64,000 bases of DNA from NCBI GenBank assembly GCA_965250285.1, contig OZ252299.1:5856001-5920000 (forward strand). Reading direction: 5' to 3'. The position numbers were made by a program, and so were the translations under genes. Below, piece after piece: positions 9,173-17,338 of the stretch. This stretch comes from Myxococcota bacterium (lineage in GTDB: Bacteria > Myxococcota_A > UBA9160 > UBA4427). The notes below the pieces were generated by a model. It was not told the DNA's origin. It saw nothing but the letters and a program-made list of their open reading frames with translations, and ran no database searches. How positions within the stretch are numbered: position 1 is the first letter of the stretch; every line of letters starts with the position of its first letter.

Positions 9173-11206
9173 TCACGATCGCGTCTCGTAGTAGAGGCGG
9201 CGGAGCAGGGTGTGCACCGCGTGCCCGCGCTGGGCGCGCAGGTCGTCGATGAGCCCCTCGGTGCCGAGGGTGGCCTCGTAGAGGGGCAGGGCGCGCTGGC
9301 GCGCCGCCATCTGCTTCTGCAGTCGGCCGAGCAGCTGCTTGGCCTCGTCGAGCTGTCGCTCGCGCTCGGCGCGTTCGACCACGCTCATGCGCTCGCCCGG
9401 CGCCGCCGGGCCGGCGCTGCCGGCGCCCGAGAGCGTCATCACGCGGCCTTCGACCTCGCTGATGCGACCGGCGAGGGTCTGCACGCTCTCTTCGAGCTCG
9501 TCCATGCCCGCGGTGTCGGCGAACCCGAGGTACATCACCACGAGCTCGTCCGAGAGCGCGTCGCGGAAGATGCGGACAGTCTGATTGCCCGGCTCACCCG
9601 CCTCGATCCAGCTCGCCACGTAGCGCGAGCGCGCGACGCCGTCGGCGATCGGGCGGGCCCGGGGCAGGTACTCGTTGGATCGACCCTGCCGCTCGAGCGC
9701 CGTCGTGAGTGCGGCCCAGAGTGAGCGGTCGAAGGGGAAGGTCTTGAGCGCGTCGCTGTAGCGGCGCACCGCGTGCTCAATCTCGGTGGGGTTCGGGTTG
9801 ATGCCCGGGTACGCGACGAACGCGTCGCCGTAGCCCCGCGCCGCCTCGTACGCCGCGAAGTACGCCGAGTCGGGCACGTGCTCGGCGCCCTCTTCGTTGC
9901 CGAAGCGGTCGAAGAAGCCGAGGTAGCGCGAGTACATGCGCGCTGCGTTCCGGATGTGATCGTCGGCGAGGGCCGGCGACGACTGCGACCGGGTCAGGTA
10001 GTAGTCGGCGGCGTTCAGGCTCGCCTCCTGGATCTCCTCCCAGAGCAGACGCAGCGCCGCGTTGTAGGCCTCGCGGCCCGCGGTCGCGAAGCCGCTGCGC
10101 TGGAAGCGCTCGCCCGAGTTCGAGGCCTGCAGGTCGGCGTAGACCTGCATCGCGCCCTCGATGCTGAAGGGCGTCTCGACGTGCGGGTCGACGCCGAGTC
10201 GCTGCTTCGCCGCGTAGATTTCGCCCATCTGACGAAGCACGCGCACGTAGACGGCGGCCTCGCCGCCGTGGGTCTGGGCCAGGCCGAGCGCCGTCTCGTA
10301 GGCGCCCGACGCGACGCCCATCGCCTTGACGGTGGCGTCGCTGAGCCCCTCGTCGGCGAGCAGGCCGCGCGCCGTGTCGTGGTACTTGCCGGCTTCGAAG
10401 AGCACGAGCGTGAAGGTCAGGCTGCCGCCGTCGCTCTCGGTGCCGTCGAGGCGCTGGATGATGCGCTCGAGGTAGGGCAGCGCGCTGGCCTCGCGCGGAA
10501 TCACGTCGGGGTGGGCACCGACGCGACCATCGGCCAGCATGCGCACGACCGTGCCGAGGGGATCGAGGTCGCGGTTGAGACCCATCTCCTGGCTCCGGAT
10601 CAGGATCATGCGCGACATGTTCTCGAAGACGTAGGGCAGCGCTGCGACGAAGCCCGAGCGCGACGACTGCGAGAGCGAGAGCGCCTGCAGCGTGTCGTAG
10701 GGGCTCTCGAGCGGCACGACGACGTCGAGCCAGAGCCCGAGCACCTCGTTGGTGAAGTCGCTCGCGTTGCCCTTCTCGAGCGCACGGTGCGCGTTGATGT
10801 AGTGCGACCAGTACTGGTTCTCGTGGCGTCCCGTCTGGTCGGCGAGGGGCGCGATCGCCTCGACGGCGTGCTCGAGCGCCTTGGGCTCGCGCTCGCCGAG
10901 GTATCGCAGCAGGTACGCGATCGCGACGCGGCGACGCGTGTCGTCGTCGAGATCATCGAGCGAGAGGCGACCCGCCTGGGTCTGCACGCTGATGTACTCG
11001 GGCAGGGTCATGCCCGCTTCGTTCGCGTACTGCTCGATGCGCGCAGACAGCGTGTTCGCGTCGGCCGACGAGTACACGTACGCGTAGTCGAGGTAGCCGT
11101 CCCAGATCGAAGTGTCGGGGCCCGCGGCGAGCGCCGGCGCAGCCGCGCAGAGAAGCGCGATTGCGAACGCGCACGTTCGGGTCCATCGAGTGAGGCTCTT
11201 CATCAT
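9173..11206 (-). CDS. Large exported all-helical hypothetical protein (about 677 aa)
   Basis: Signal peptide ending APALA, protein-like composition, TPR-like stretch and C-terminal coiled-coil; no family recognised. Confidence 0.8.
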   Translation of the reverse strand: MMKSLTRWTRTCAFAIALLCAAAPALAAGPDTSIWDGYLDYAYVYSSADANTLSARIEQYANEAGMTLPEYISVQTQAGRLSLDDLDDDTRRRVAIAYLLRYLGEREPKALEHAVEAIAPLADQTGRHENQYWSHYINAHRALEKGNASDFTNEVLGLWLDVVVPLESPYDTLQALSLSQSSRSGFVAALPYVFENMSRMILIRSQEMGLNRDLDPLGTVVRMLADGRVGAHPDVIPREASALPYLERIIQRLDGTESDGGSLTFTLVLFEAGKYHDTARGLLADEGLSDATVKAMGVASGAYETALGLAQTHGGEAAVYVRVLRQMGEIYAAKQRLGVDPHVETPFSIEGAMQVYADLQASNSGERFQRSGFATAGREAYNAALRLLWEEIQEASLNAADYYLTRSQSSPALADDHIRNAARMYSRYLGFFDRFGNEEGAEHVPDSAYFAAYEAARGYGDAFVAYPGINPNPTEIEHAVRRYSDALKTFPFDRSLWAALTTALERQGRSNEYLPRARPIADGVARSRYVASWIEAGEPGNQTVRIFRDALSDELVVMYLGFADTAGMDELEESVQTLAGRISEVEGRVMTLSGAGSAGPAAPGERMSVVERAERERQLDEAKQLLGRLQKQMAARQRALPLYEATLGTEGLIDDLRAQRGHAVHTLLRRLYYETRS

Positions 11207-11257
11207 GTCGGTCGGGCTCCCTTCATCCCGCTCGATTCGGTCGAGGCGCACGGGCCA

Positions 11258-12661
11258 TCACCGGCTGCCCGAGAGGCACGCCAGTGCGAGCTGCAGCTCG
11301 TCGCACCGATCCCCCACCGCGCGACCCGGGGCCTGCTCGACCTGCATCAGGAAAGAGTTCAGGTTTCGGGTCTCGAGAAATCGGTAGGTGCCGGCGCGAC
11401 TTACACACTGCTCTTGCGTCGTAACGGCCGCGATCACCTGCTGCTTGAGCGAATCCTCTCGGCGGTCCGATGCGCAGGCGGCGAGTGCGGCGAGCGGCAC
11501 ACCCGCCACCCCGGCCGAGGTCGATGTGCTGCGGCCGCCGGCGGGGACGGCGCGGCGCGTCGTCGTGCGGCCCGCGCTCGTCGAAGCCGGTGTGCGGGCG
11601 GCGGCGCCCGGGGCAGCCAGACCGGCGACCTGCGGCCGCGGGCTCGTCGAAGCCGTCTGGGCGGCCGGAGCGCCTCGCCGCGAGGTGCGCGAGGGCGCCG
11701 TGGCCGTCTGGGCGCCGGGGACGCTGGCGATGCCGGGGACATCCATGCGCGGCTCGTTTCGCCGCGCGGGCGCGGCCGGTGCCGGGGCGGTCGAGCGGCC
11801 GCGCCGGGTCGGTGCGGCGTCGGCGGCGGGGGCCGCGCCGAGGCCGGCGAGGGCCGGCGTGGCGACGGGGGCGGCCGATCGCGACTGCGCGGCCTCGAAC
11901 CGGGGGGCCCGGGCCGTGCGGCTGGGGGCGGCCTGCGGCTGGGAGCCGGGCGAGATCGAGGCGACGGGCGCGAGGTCGGGGCGGTTCTGGGCCGCCGCCG
12001 CCTCGGGGCGATTGCGCGCGTTGCGGCGGGCACGCTGGGGTGCCGCTTGCTCGGCGAGCGCCATGCGATCCATCTGCACGTTCGGCGCCGGGGCCACCGG
12101 CGCCGGCGCGGTCGGGGTGCGGCGTCGCGCGCGTTCGGCTGGCGCGGTCTCGGCGGCGAGTTGGGGCGACGGCACGGGCATGACCGGCTTCGGCTTCGGT
12201 CGCGTGCGCGGCTTCGGGGTCGGCTTCGCCGCCGGGGGCGGCGGCGTCGGTTTCTGGGCAACGGCCTGCGGCGGCGGCGGGGGCGGCGCGGGCTTGGCCG
12301 GCGCCGGGGGCGGCGGCTTCACCGCTTCGGCGACGATGGGTTCGGGCTCGGGGGCCGGGATCTCGGGGAGGGGCGGCGGCGGGGGCTCGTTCGTGAACGT
12401 CGCGACCACCACGCCCGAGTCGTCGGCGTGATCGCTCAGCACGGTCACCATGAACGTGATCGTCACCGTGAGAACGAGCACGATGGCGGGCAGCACGGCG
12501 ACGCTGCGTCGGAGGCTCTGGCCCTGGGCGTGGAGATCGGCGCGCAGCCATGCGAAATCGCGCCCGAAGTCGGGCTTCGGCGGATGCGGATAGGGCGCGC
12601 CGCCGATCGGAACCGACGCGGCGCCCAGGCCGTAGTGAGACTTCACGCGATGGGCGCCCAA
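11258..12661 (-). CDS. TonB/TolA-like protein: single TM, long Pro/Ala linker, Cys-containing C-terminal domain
   Basis: TM VAVLPAIVLVLTVTITFMVTVL, EPPPPPLPEIPAPEPEP and KPTPKPRTRPKPKP linker, globular tail of about 80 aa; start uncertain (TTG 12661 with GGGAG, or GTG 12646). Confidence 0.7.
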   Translation of the reverse strand: MGAHRVKSHYGLGAASVPIGGAPYPHPPKPDFGRDFAWLRADLHAQGQSLRRSVAVLPAIVLVLTVTITFMVTVLSDHADDSGVVVATFTNEPPPPPLPEIPAPEPEPIVAEAVKPPPPAPAKPAPPPPPPQAVAQKPTPPPPAAKPTPKPRTRPKPKPVMPVPSPQLAAETAPAERARRRTPTAPAPVAPAPNVQMDRMALAEQAAPQRARRNARNRPEAAAAQNRPDLAPVASISPGSQPQAAPSRTARAPRFEAAQSRSAAPVATPALAGLGAAPAADAAPTRRGRSTAPAPAAPARRNEPRMDVPGIASVPGAQTATAPSRTSRRGAPAAQTASTSPRPQVAGLAAPGAAARTPASTSAGRTTTRRAVPAGGRSTSTSAGVAGVPLAALAACASDRREDSLKQQVIAAVTTQEQCVSRAGTYRFLETRNLNSFLMQVEQAPGRAVGDRCDELQLALACLSGSR

Positions 12662-12663
12662 GG

Positions 12664-13137
12664 TCAGACTCCCGCGAGCGATCCGAGATCGCGCGACACC
12701 GTCGCGCGCCGTCGACCCGGCCAACGCGTTTCGATCTCGGCTGCGGCGTCGAGCATGTCCTGGCTGCGCGAGTCTTCGTGCGGTGCGAGCAGCGGGCGCT
12801 CCGCGCCCTCGCCAGCGAGCTGCCCCAGGCGAGCGCGCAACCCGTCGACATCCTCGTACACGTCGGTGACTGGAGCGGCGCCGCCCACGAGGGTCACCTC
12901 GAACACGCCCCCTTCGGCGTCACGCGGGTGCACGCGCACCTGCCACGCCTTCGCGGCGGTCGACGGCATCGACTCGGTCGCCTCGGCGCCGATGCGGGGC
13001 ACCATCATCTCGCCGAGGTCGGGGGCCTCGGCGCCCGAATCTGCGGCCATCTGTGTGGCGGCGATCAACATCAAGAAGGCGAGGTCGACGAAGGAGAAGA
13101 GCCACGCGGGCGCTCCGTGTCGGTTCTGACTCATCAT
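12664..13137 (-). CDS. ExbD/TolR-like subunit with MotB-like TM motif
   Basis: [16 protein letters not shown] (intramembrane Asp); periplasmic [14 protein letters not shown] resembling the ExbD LxAD motif. Confidence 0.75.
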   Translation of the reverse strand: MMSQNRHGAPAWLFSFVDLAFLMLIAATQMAADSGAEAPDLGEMMVPRIGAEATESMPSTAAKAWQVRVHPRDAEGGVFEVTLVGGAAPVTDVYEDVDGLRARLGQLAGEGAERPLLAPHEDSRSQDMLDAAAEIETRWPGRRRATVSRDLGSLAGV

Positions 13138-13240
13138 GGGCTCCAGCAGGCGTTCGTCGGTCGGGCCGGCGCGGTGCGCTTCGTCTGGGTGTGGATCGTG
13201 CGTTCTCGCACGCGTATGCGTGCGCTTCGTCACACCCCCC

Positions 13241-13267
13241 TCATCGGTCGACCGGGATCGAAACTGC
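13241..13267 (-). promoter_or_regulatory. Candidate sigma28-like promoter for the ExbD/TonB-like operon
   Basis: Minus strand GCAG-N15-ACCGATGA; similar elements recur elsewhere in the window. Confidence 0.35.
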
Positions 13268-13354
13268 GGCGTCGTGATCGCGGCTCGTTTCGATCGCACG
13301 CGAGCATTCGAGCCCGGCGAGAACCGTCGCTCGGGTCTGCGGTACCCTCGTCGT

Positions 13355-14875
13355 GTGCCGAGCCCCAACCAGGTGATCATCTTCGGAGCGAGCGGCGACC
13401 TCACACGGCGCAAGCTGGTGCCCGCGCTCGCTCGGCTCTTCGCCGACCGCGCCGGGCCCGAGTCGCTGCAGGTCATCGGCGTCTCGCGTAGCGATCTCGG
13501 CGATGGCGGCTTTCGCGAGCGGCTGGCCCACGCGATCTCGCCCGAGCACGTGGGCGCGTTCGACGCCCTGGCGCCGCACGTCTACTACCACCGCGGAGAC
13601 GCGGCCGACCCGGCCTCGATGCAGTCCCTCGCGGCGCGACTCGACGAGCTCGCGGGCGGCGAGCCCACCGGTCGCATCTTCTATCTCTCGCTCAAGCCCG
13701 AGCTCTTCGCGCCCACCGTCGCGGGTCTCGCGGGGCAGGGCATGCTGACGGCCGCCCCCCACGAGCAGACGGCGTGGCGGCGCGTCGTCATCGAGAAGCC
13801 CTTCGGCCACGACCACGATTCGGCGGCGAAGCTCAACCAGGAGCTGCTCGAGCACCTGCGCGAAGACCAGATCTATCGGATCGACCACTACCTCGGGAAG
13901 GAGACCGTGCAGAACCTGCTCGGCTTCCGTTTCCACAACGCGATCTTCGAGCCGCTCTGGAACCGCCACCACGTCGAGTGCGTGCAGATCACGGCGGCCG
14001 AGACCGTCGGCGTCGAGGACGGTCGCGGCGCCTACTACGACGGCACCGGAGCGCTGCGCGACATGCTGCAGAACCATCTGCTGCAGATCCTCGCGCTGGT
14101 CACGATGGAGCCGCCGTCGAGCCTCGACGCCGAGGCGATCCGCAATCACAAGCTCGAGGTGCTGCGCGGCCTGCGGCACCCCGATGCGCATGCCGTGCGC
14201 CACTCGACGCTGCGCGCTCAGTACGTGCGCGGCGAGGTCGAGGGTCGCCAGGTCATCGGCTACCTCGAGGAGAAGGGCGTCGACCCGCAGAGCCAGACCG
14301 AGACCTACGTCGCGGCGCGGGCCTACATCGACAACTGGCGATGGAGCGGCGTGCCGTTCTTCATTCGTCACGGCAAGCGGCTCGCCCAGCGCTTCACCGA
14401 GGTGAAGGTGCAGTTTCGCACGCCGCCGCTCCAGCTCTTCAATCGTCCTGAAGAGATGAGCGAAGACGAGTACCGCCGTCTGCTGCGCGACGGTGCGCTC
14501 GTTCACGCGCGGCCGAACGTGCTCACATTGCGACTTCAGCCGCGCGAGGCGATCGAGATCTCGTTCGGCGTGAAGGAGCCCGGCCCTGCGATGGCGATGG
14601 CCCCGGCGAGCCTCGAGTTCGACTACCGCGAGCGCTTTGGCCGCGCCTCGCCCGATGCCTACGAGCGGCTGTTGCTCGACGCGCTGCAGGGCGATCAGAC
14701 GCTCTTCTTGCGCGGCGACGAGATTCAGGCGTGCTGGCACTACGCCGATCAGGTGCTCGCGGCGTGGCGCGGGCCCGAGGCGCCCCCGATGCTCGAGTAC
14801 GCCGCCGGCAGCTGGGGGCCCGCCCGCGCCAACGAGCTCTTCGGCGACGTTCAGGCGAGCTGGTCGCGTGGCTGA
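13355..14875 (+). CDS. zwf: Glucose-6-phosphate 1-dehydrogenase
   Basis: [44 protein letters not shown]. Confidence 0.97.
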   Translation: MPSPNQVIIFGASGDLTRRKLVPALARLFADRAGPESLQVIGVSRSDLGDGGFRERLAHAISPEHVGAFDALAPHVYYHRGDAADPASMQSLAARLDELAGGEPTGRIFYLSLKPELFAPTVAGLAGQGMLTAAPHEQTAWRRVVIEKPFGHDHDSAAKLNQELLEHLREDQIYRIDHYLGKETVQNLLGFRFHNAIFEPLWNRHHVECVQITAAETVGVEDGRGAYYDGTGALRDMLQNHLLQILALVTMEPPSSLDAEAIRNHKLEVLRGLRHPDAHAVRHSTLRAQYVRGEVEGRQVIGYLEEKGVDPQSQTETYVAARAYIDNWRWSGVPFFIRHGKRLAQRFTEVKVQFRTPPLQLFNRPEEMSEDEYRRLLRDGALVHARPNVLTLRLQPREAIEISFGVKEPGPAMAMAPASLEFDYRERFGRASPDAYERLLLDALQGDQTLFLRGDEIQACWHYADQVLAAWRGPEAPPMLEYAAGSWGPARANELFGDVQASWSRG

Positions 14876-15554
14876 GAGCGCACGCTTCGTCCGCAGTGAC
14901 GAGCCGATGGTCGCCGCCGGCGATCGGCTGGCCGAAGCCCTGCGCGATGTGATGAGTGAGTCGGAGCTCGTGCGACTCGCGATCCCGGGTGGCTCGGCGC
15001 TCGAAGCCCTCTCGACGGCGCGGGCGGCGCTGGGTGCGGAGTTCGAGCGCGTCGATCTCACGTGGGTGGATGAGCGCTGCGTGCCAATCGACGACGCCGA
15101 CTCGAACCGGGGCGCGGCCGAGCGACGGGGCCTGCTCGGGCCCGACCATCCACCGCGGCGCAGCGTGCCGCTCTACGTCGACGGCGAATCGCCCGGCGAC
15201 GCCGTCGCTCGCACCCGGGACGAGCTGCGCGCCGTCTTCGACTCGGGGCTCGACGTCGTGCTGCTCGGGCTCGGTGAAGATGGTCACGTGGCCTCGCTGT
15301 TCCCGGGCCGTTTCGATCGCGACGACGACGCCACGGTGCTGCACGTGACCGACTCGCCGAAGCCGCCCGCCGATCGCATCAGCCTCGGCTGGCGCATGCT
15401 GGCCACGGCGCGCAGCTGCATCGTCGCGGCGGCGGGTGAATCGAAACGTGAGGCGCTGGGTCGGGTGCTCGGGCACGACGCGACGCTCCCCGCCGTGGGG
15501 CTGCACGGCCTGACGGTCATCTCGGACATCGGGGTCGAAGCCGGGGCCGCCTGA
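14868..15554 (+). CDS. pgl: 6-phosphogluconolactonase
   Basis: [40 protein letters not shown]; overlaps the zwf stop. Confidence 0.9.
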   Translation: MAESARFVRSDEPMVAAGDRLAEALRDVMSESELVRLAIPGGSALEALSTARAALGAEFERVDLTWVDERCVPIDDADSNRGAAERRGLLGPDHPPRRSVPLYVDGESPGDAVARTRDELRAVFDSGLDVVLLGLGEDGHVASLFPGRFDRDDDATVLHVTDSPKPPADRISLGWRMLATARSCIVAAAGESKREALGRVLGHDATLPAVGLHGLTVISDIGVEAGAA

Positions 15555-15676
15555 CTGTTTGCGGGGTGCGCGCCAGTGCAGATGGCGACCGCGTCGGAGC
15601 GCAACGATGAAGAAGCGACGACGAATGAAGCTGAAAGACAGAAGCGATCAGCGACGAGACGAGAAGGGAGCGAGCG

Positions 15677-17092
15677 GTGAGTGAAGCCACGGCGCAGGTC
15701 GGGGTCCTGGGCCTCGGCGTCATGGGGGCGAATCTGGCGCGCAATTTCGCGAGCCGCGGGCATCGCGTCGCCGTCTACAACCGCACGACCGCGAAAGCCG
15801 AGCGCCTCGTTGCCGAGCACCCCGAGGCCGGCTTCACGCTCACCGAAACGCCCGAAGCCTTCGTCGCGGCGCTCGCCCGACCGCGCCGCATCGTCTTGAT
15901 GGTGCCCGCCGGTCCCTCGGTCGATGCCATGCTCGACGCGCTCTCGCCGCTGCTCGACGAAGGCGACGTCGTGATCGACGGCGGCAACAGCCTCTACACC
16001 GATACCGAGCGCCGCTCGGAACGCGCCGCGGGTGAGCCGTGGCTCTTCATCGGGATGGGGGTCTCGGGCGGGAGCGAGGGCGCGCTGCTCGGCCCTTCGA
16101 TCATGCCCGGTGGTGACCGCGAGGCTTGGGAGACCCTCAGGCCGCTGCTCGAATCGATCGCCGCGGTCAGTGATTCGGGGCCGTGCGTCACCTACTGCGG
16201 CCGCGGCTCGGCCGGCCACTTCGTGAAGATGGTCCACAACGGCATCGAGTACGGCGACATGCAGCTGATCGCCGAGACCGCGGTGCTGCTGCGACAGGGG
16301 CTCGGTCTGAGCGATGCCGAGACGGCCGACGTATTCGATACGTGGAATCAAGGCGAGCTCGAGAGCTACCTGATCGACATCACGGCCGACATCTTCACCG
16401 CGCGTGATCCCGACAACCCGGACGAACTGCTCGTCGACCAGGTGCTCGACCGAGCCGGCCAGAAGGGCACGGGACGCTGGACCGTCGAATCGGCCCTTCA
16501 CCTCGGCGTGGCGCTCCCCACCGTGGCGGCCGCCCTCGACGCGCGCAACATGAGCGCGGGCCTCGATCGCCGGCGGGCCGCGGCCGACGTGCTCGAGCTC
16601 GGTGCCGCCCGACCGCTCGAGGGCGTGAGCGTCGACGACCTGCGCGACGCGCTCTTCGCGTCGAAGATCGCGAGCTACACCCAGGGCTTCGACCTGCTCG
16701 CGCGGGCCAGCGAGGAGCGTGACTACGGCACCGACCTGGCCGAGGTCGCGCGCATCTGGAAGGCCGGATGCATCATTCGTGCGCGCTTTCTCGACCGCGT
16801 GCGCGCGGCCTTCGACGGCGACGCGCCCGAGCTGCTCGCGCTCACGCCCGACTTCGCACGTGACCTACGCGAGCGCGCCCCGGCCTGGCGCCGCGTCGTG
16901 GCCGGAGCCGTGCAGGCGGGGATCCCCGTGCCTGGTCTGTCGACCTCGCTCGCCTGGCTCGACACGCTGGCGACCGCTCGAGGCAGCGCGAACCTGATTC
17001 AGGCGCAGCGCGATTACTTCGGTAGCCATACGTACGAGCGCGTCGATGCGCCCGGCGAATTCGTGCACACCGACTGGCCGCGTCGCGGCTAG
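15677..17092 (+). CDS. gnd: NADP-dependent 6-phosphogluconate dehydrogenase
   Basis: GLGVMGANLARN, GVSGG, KMVHNGIEYGDMQ, QKGTG, QAQRDYFGSHTYER. Confidence 0.97.
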   Translation: MSEATAQVGVLGLGVMGANLARNFASRGHRVAVYNRTTAKAERLVAEHPEAGFTLTETPEAFVAALARPRRIVLMVPAGPSVDAMLDALSPLLDEGDVVIDGGNSLYTDTERRSERAAGEPWLFIGMGVSGGSEGALLGPSIMPGGDREAWETLRPLLESIAAVSDSGPCVTYCGRGSAGHFVKMVHNGIEYGDMQLIAETAVLLRQGLGLSDAETADVFDTWNQGELESYLIDITADIFTARDPDNPDELLVDQVLDRAGQKGTGRWTVESALHLGVALPTVAAALDARNMSAGLDRRRAAADVLELGAARPLEGVSVDDLRDALFASKIASYTQGFDLLARASEERDYGTDLAEVARIWKAGCIIRARFLDRVRAAFDGDAPELLALTPDFARDLRERAPAWRRVVAGAVQAGIPVPGLSTSLAWLDTLATARGSANLIQAQRDYFGSHTYERVDAPGEFVHTDWPRRG

Positions 17093-17338
17093 GGACGCGC
17101 TGCAGATCTCGCCCCTCCCACGCGCCGCGAGCGCTTCCTGGCCGAGAGCGCTTCGCTTTCACCAGCGCTGCGCTGTGACCAAAGCGTCCCGAGGCCGGGG
17201 CCGGCGGGGGGACCGCGCGCAGTTCGCAGGCGCGACGTGCACAACATACGAGCTTCCCTGGTAGGTCGCGCCGAGAATGTCTGAGCACGGTGCCCCCGCC
17301 TGCCCCGGCCCTGGCACGGCCAACTGGCCAGCGGCTCC

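Noticed and set aside
11500..12400. Low-complexity GC-rich tract resembling a repeat
   Set aside because: Explained by the Pro/Ala linker of the TonB-like protein; no fixed repeat unit.
9773..13129. 1118-aa plus-strand ORF
   Set aside because: Arg/Gly-rich antisense shadow of the motor operon, expected at this GC content.
7985..13137. Interpretation as a Zorya anti-phage system or flagellar stator
   Set aside because: The A subunit has no long cytoplasmic tail, the B subunit has no OmpA-like domain, and no ZorC/D/E or flagellar genes are present.
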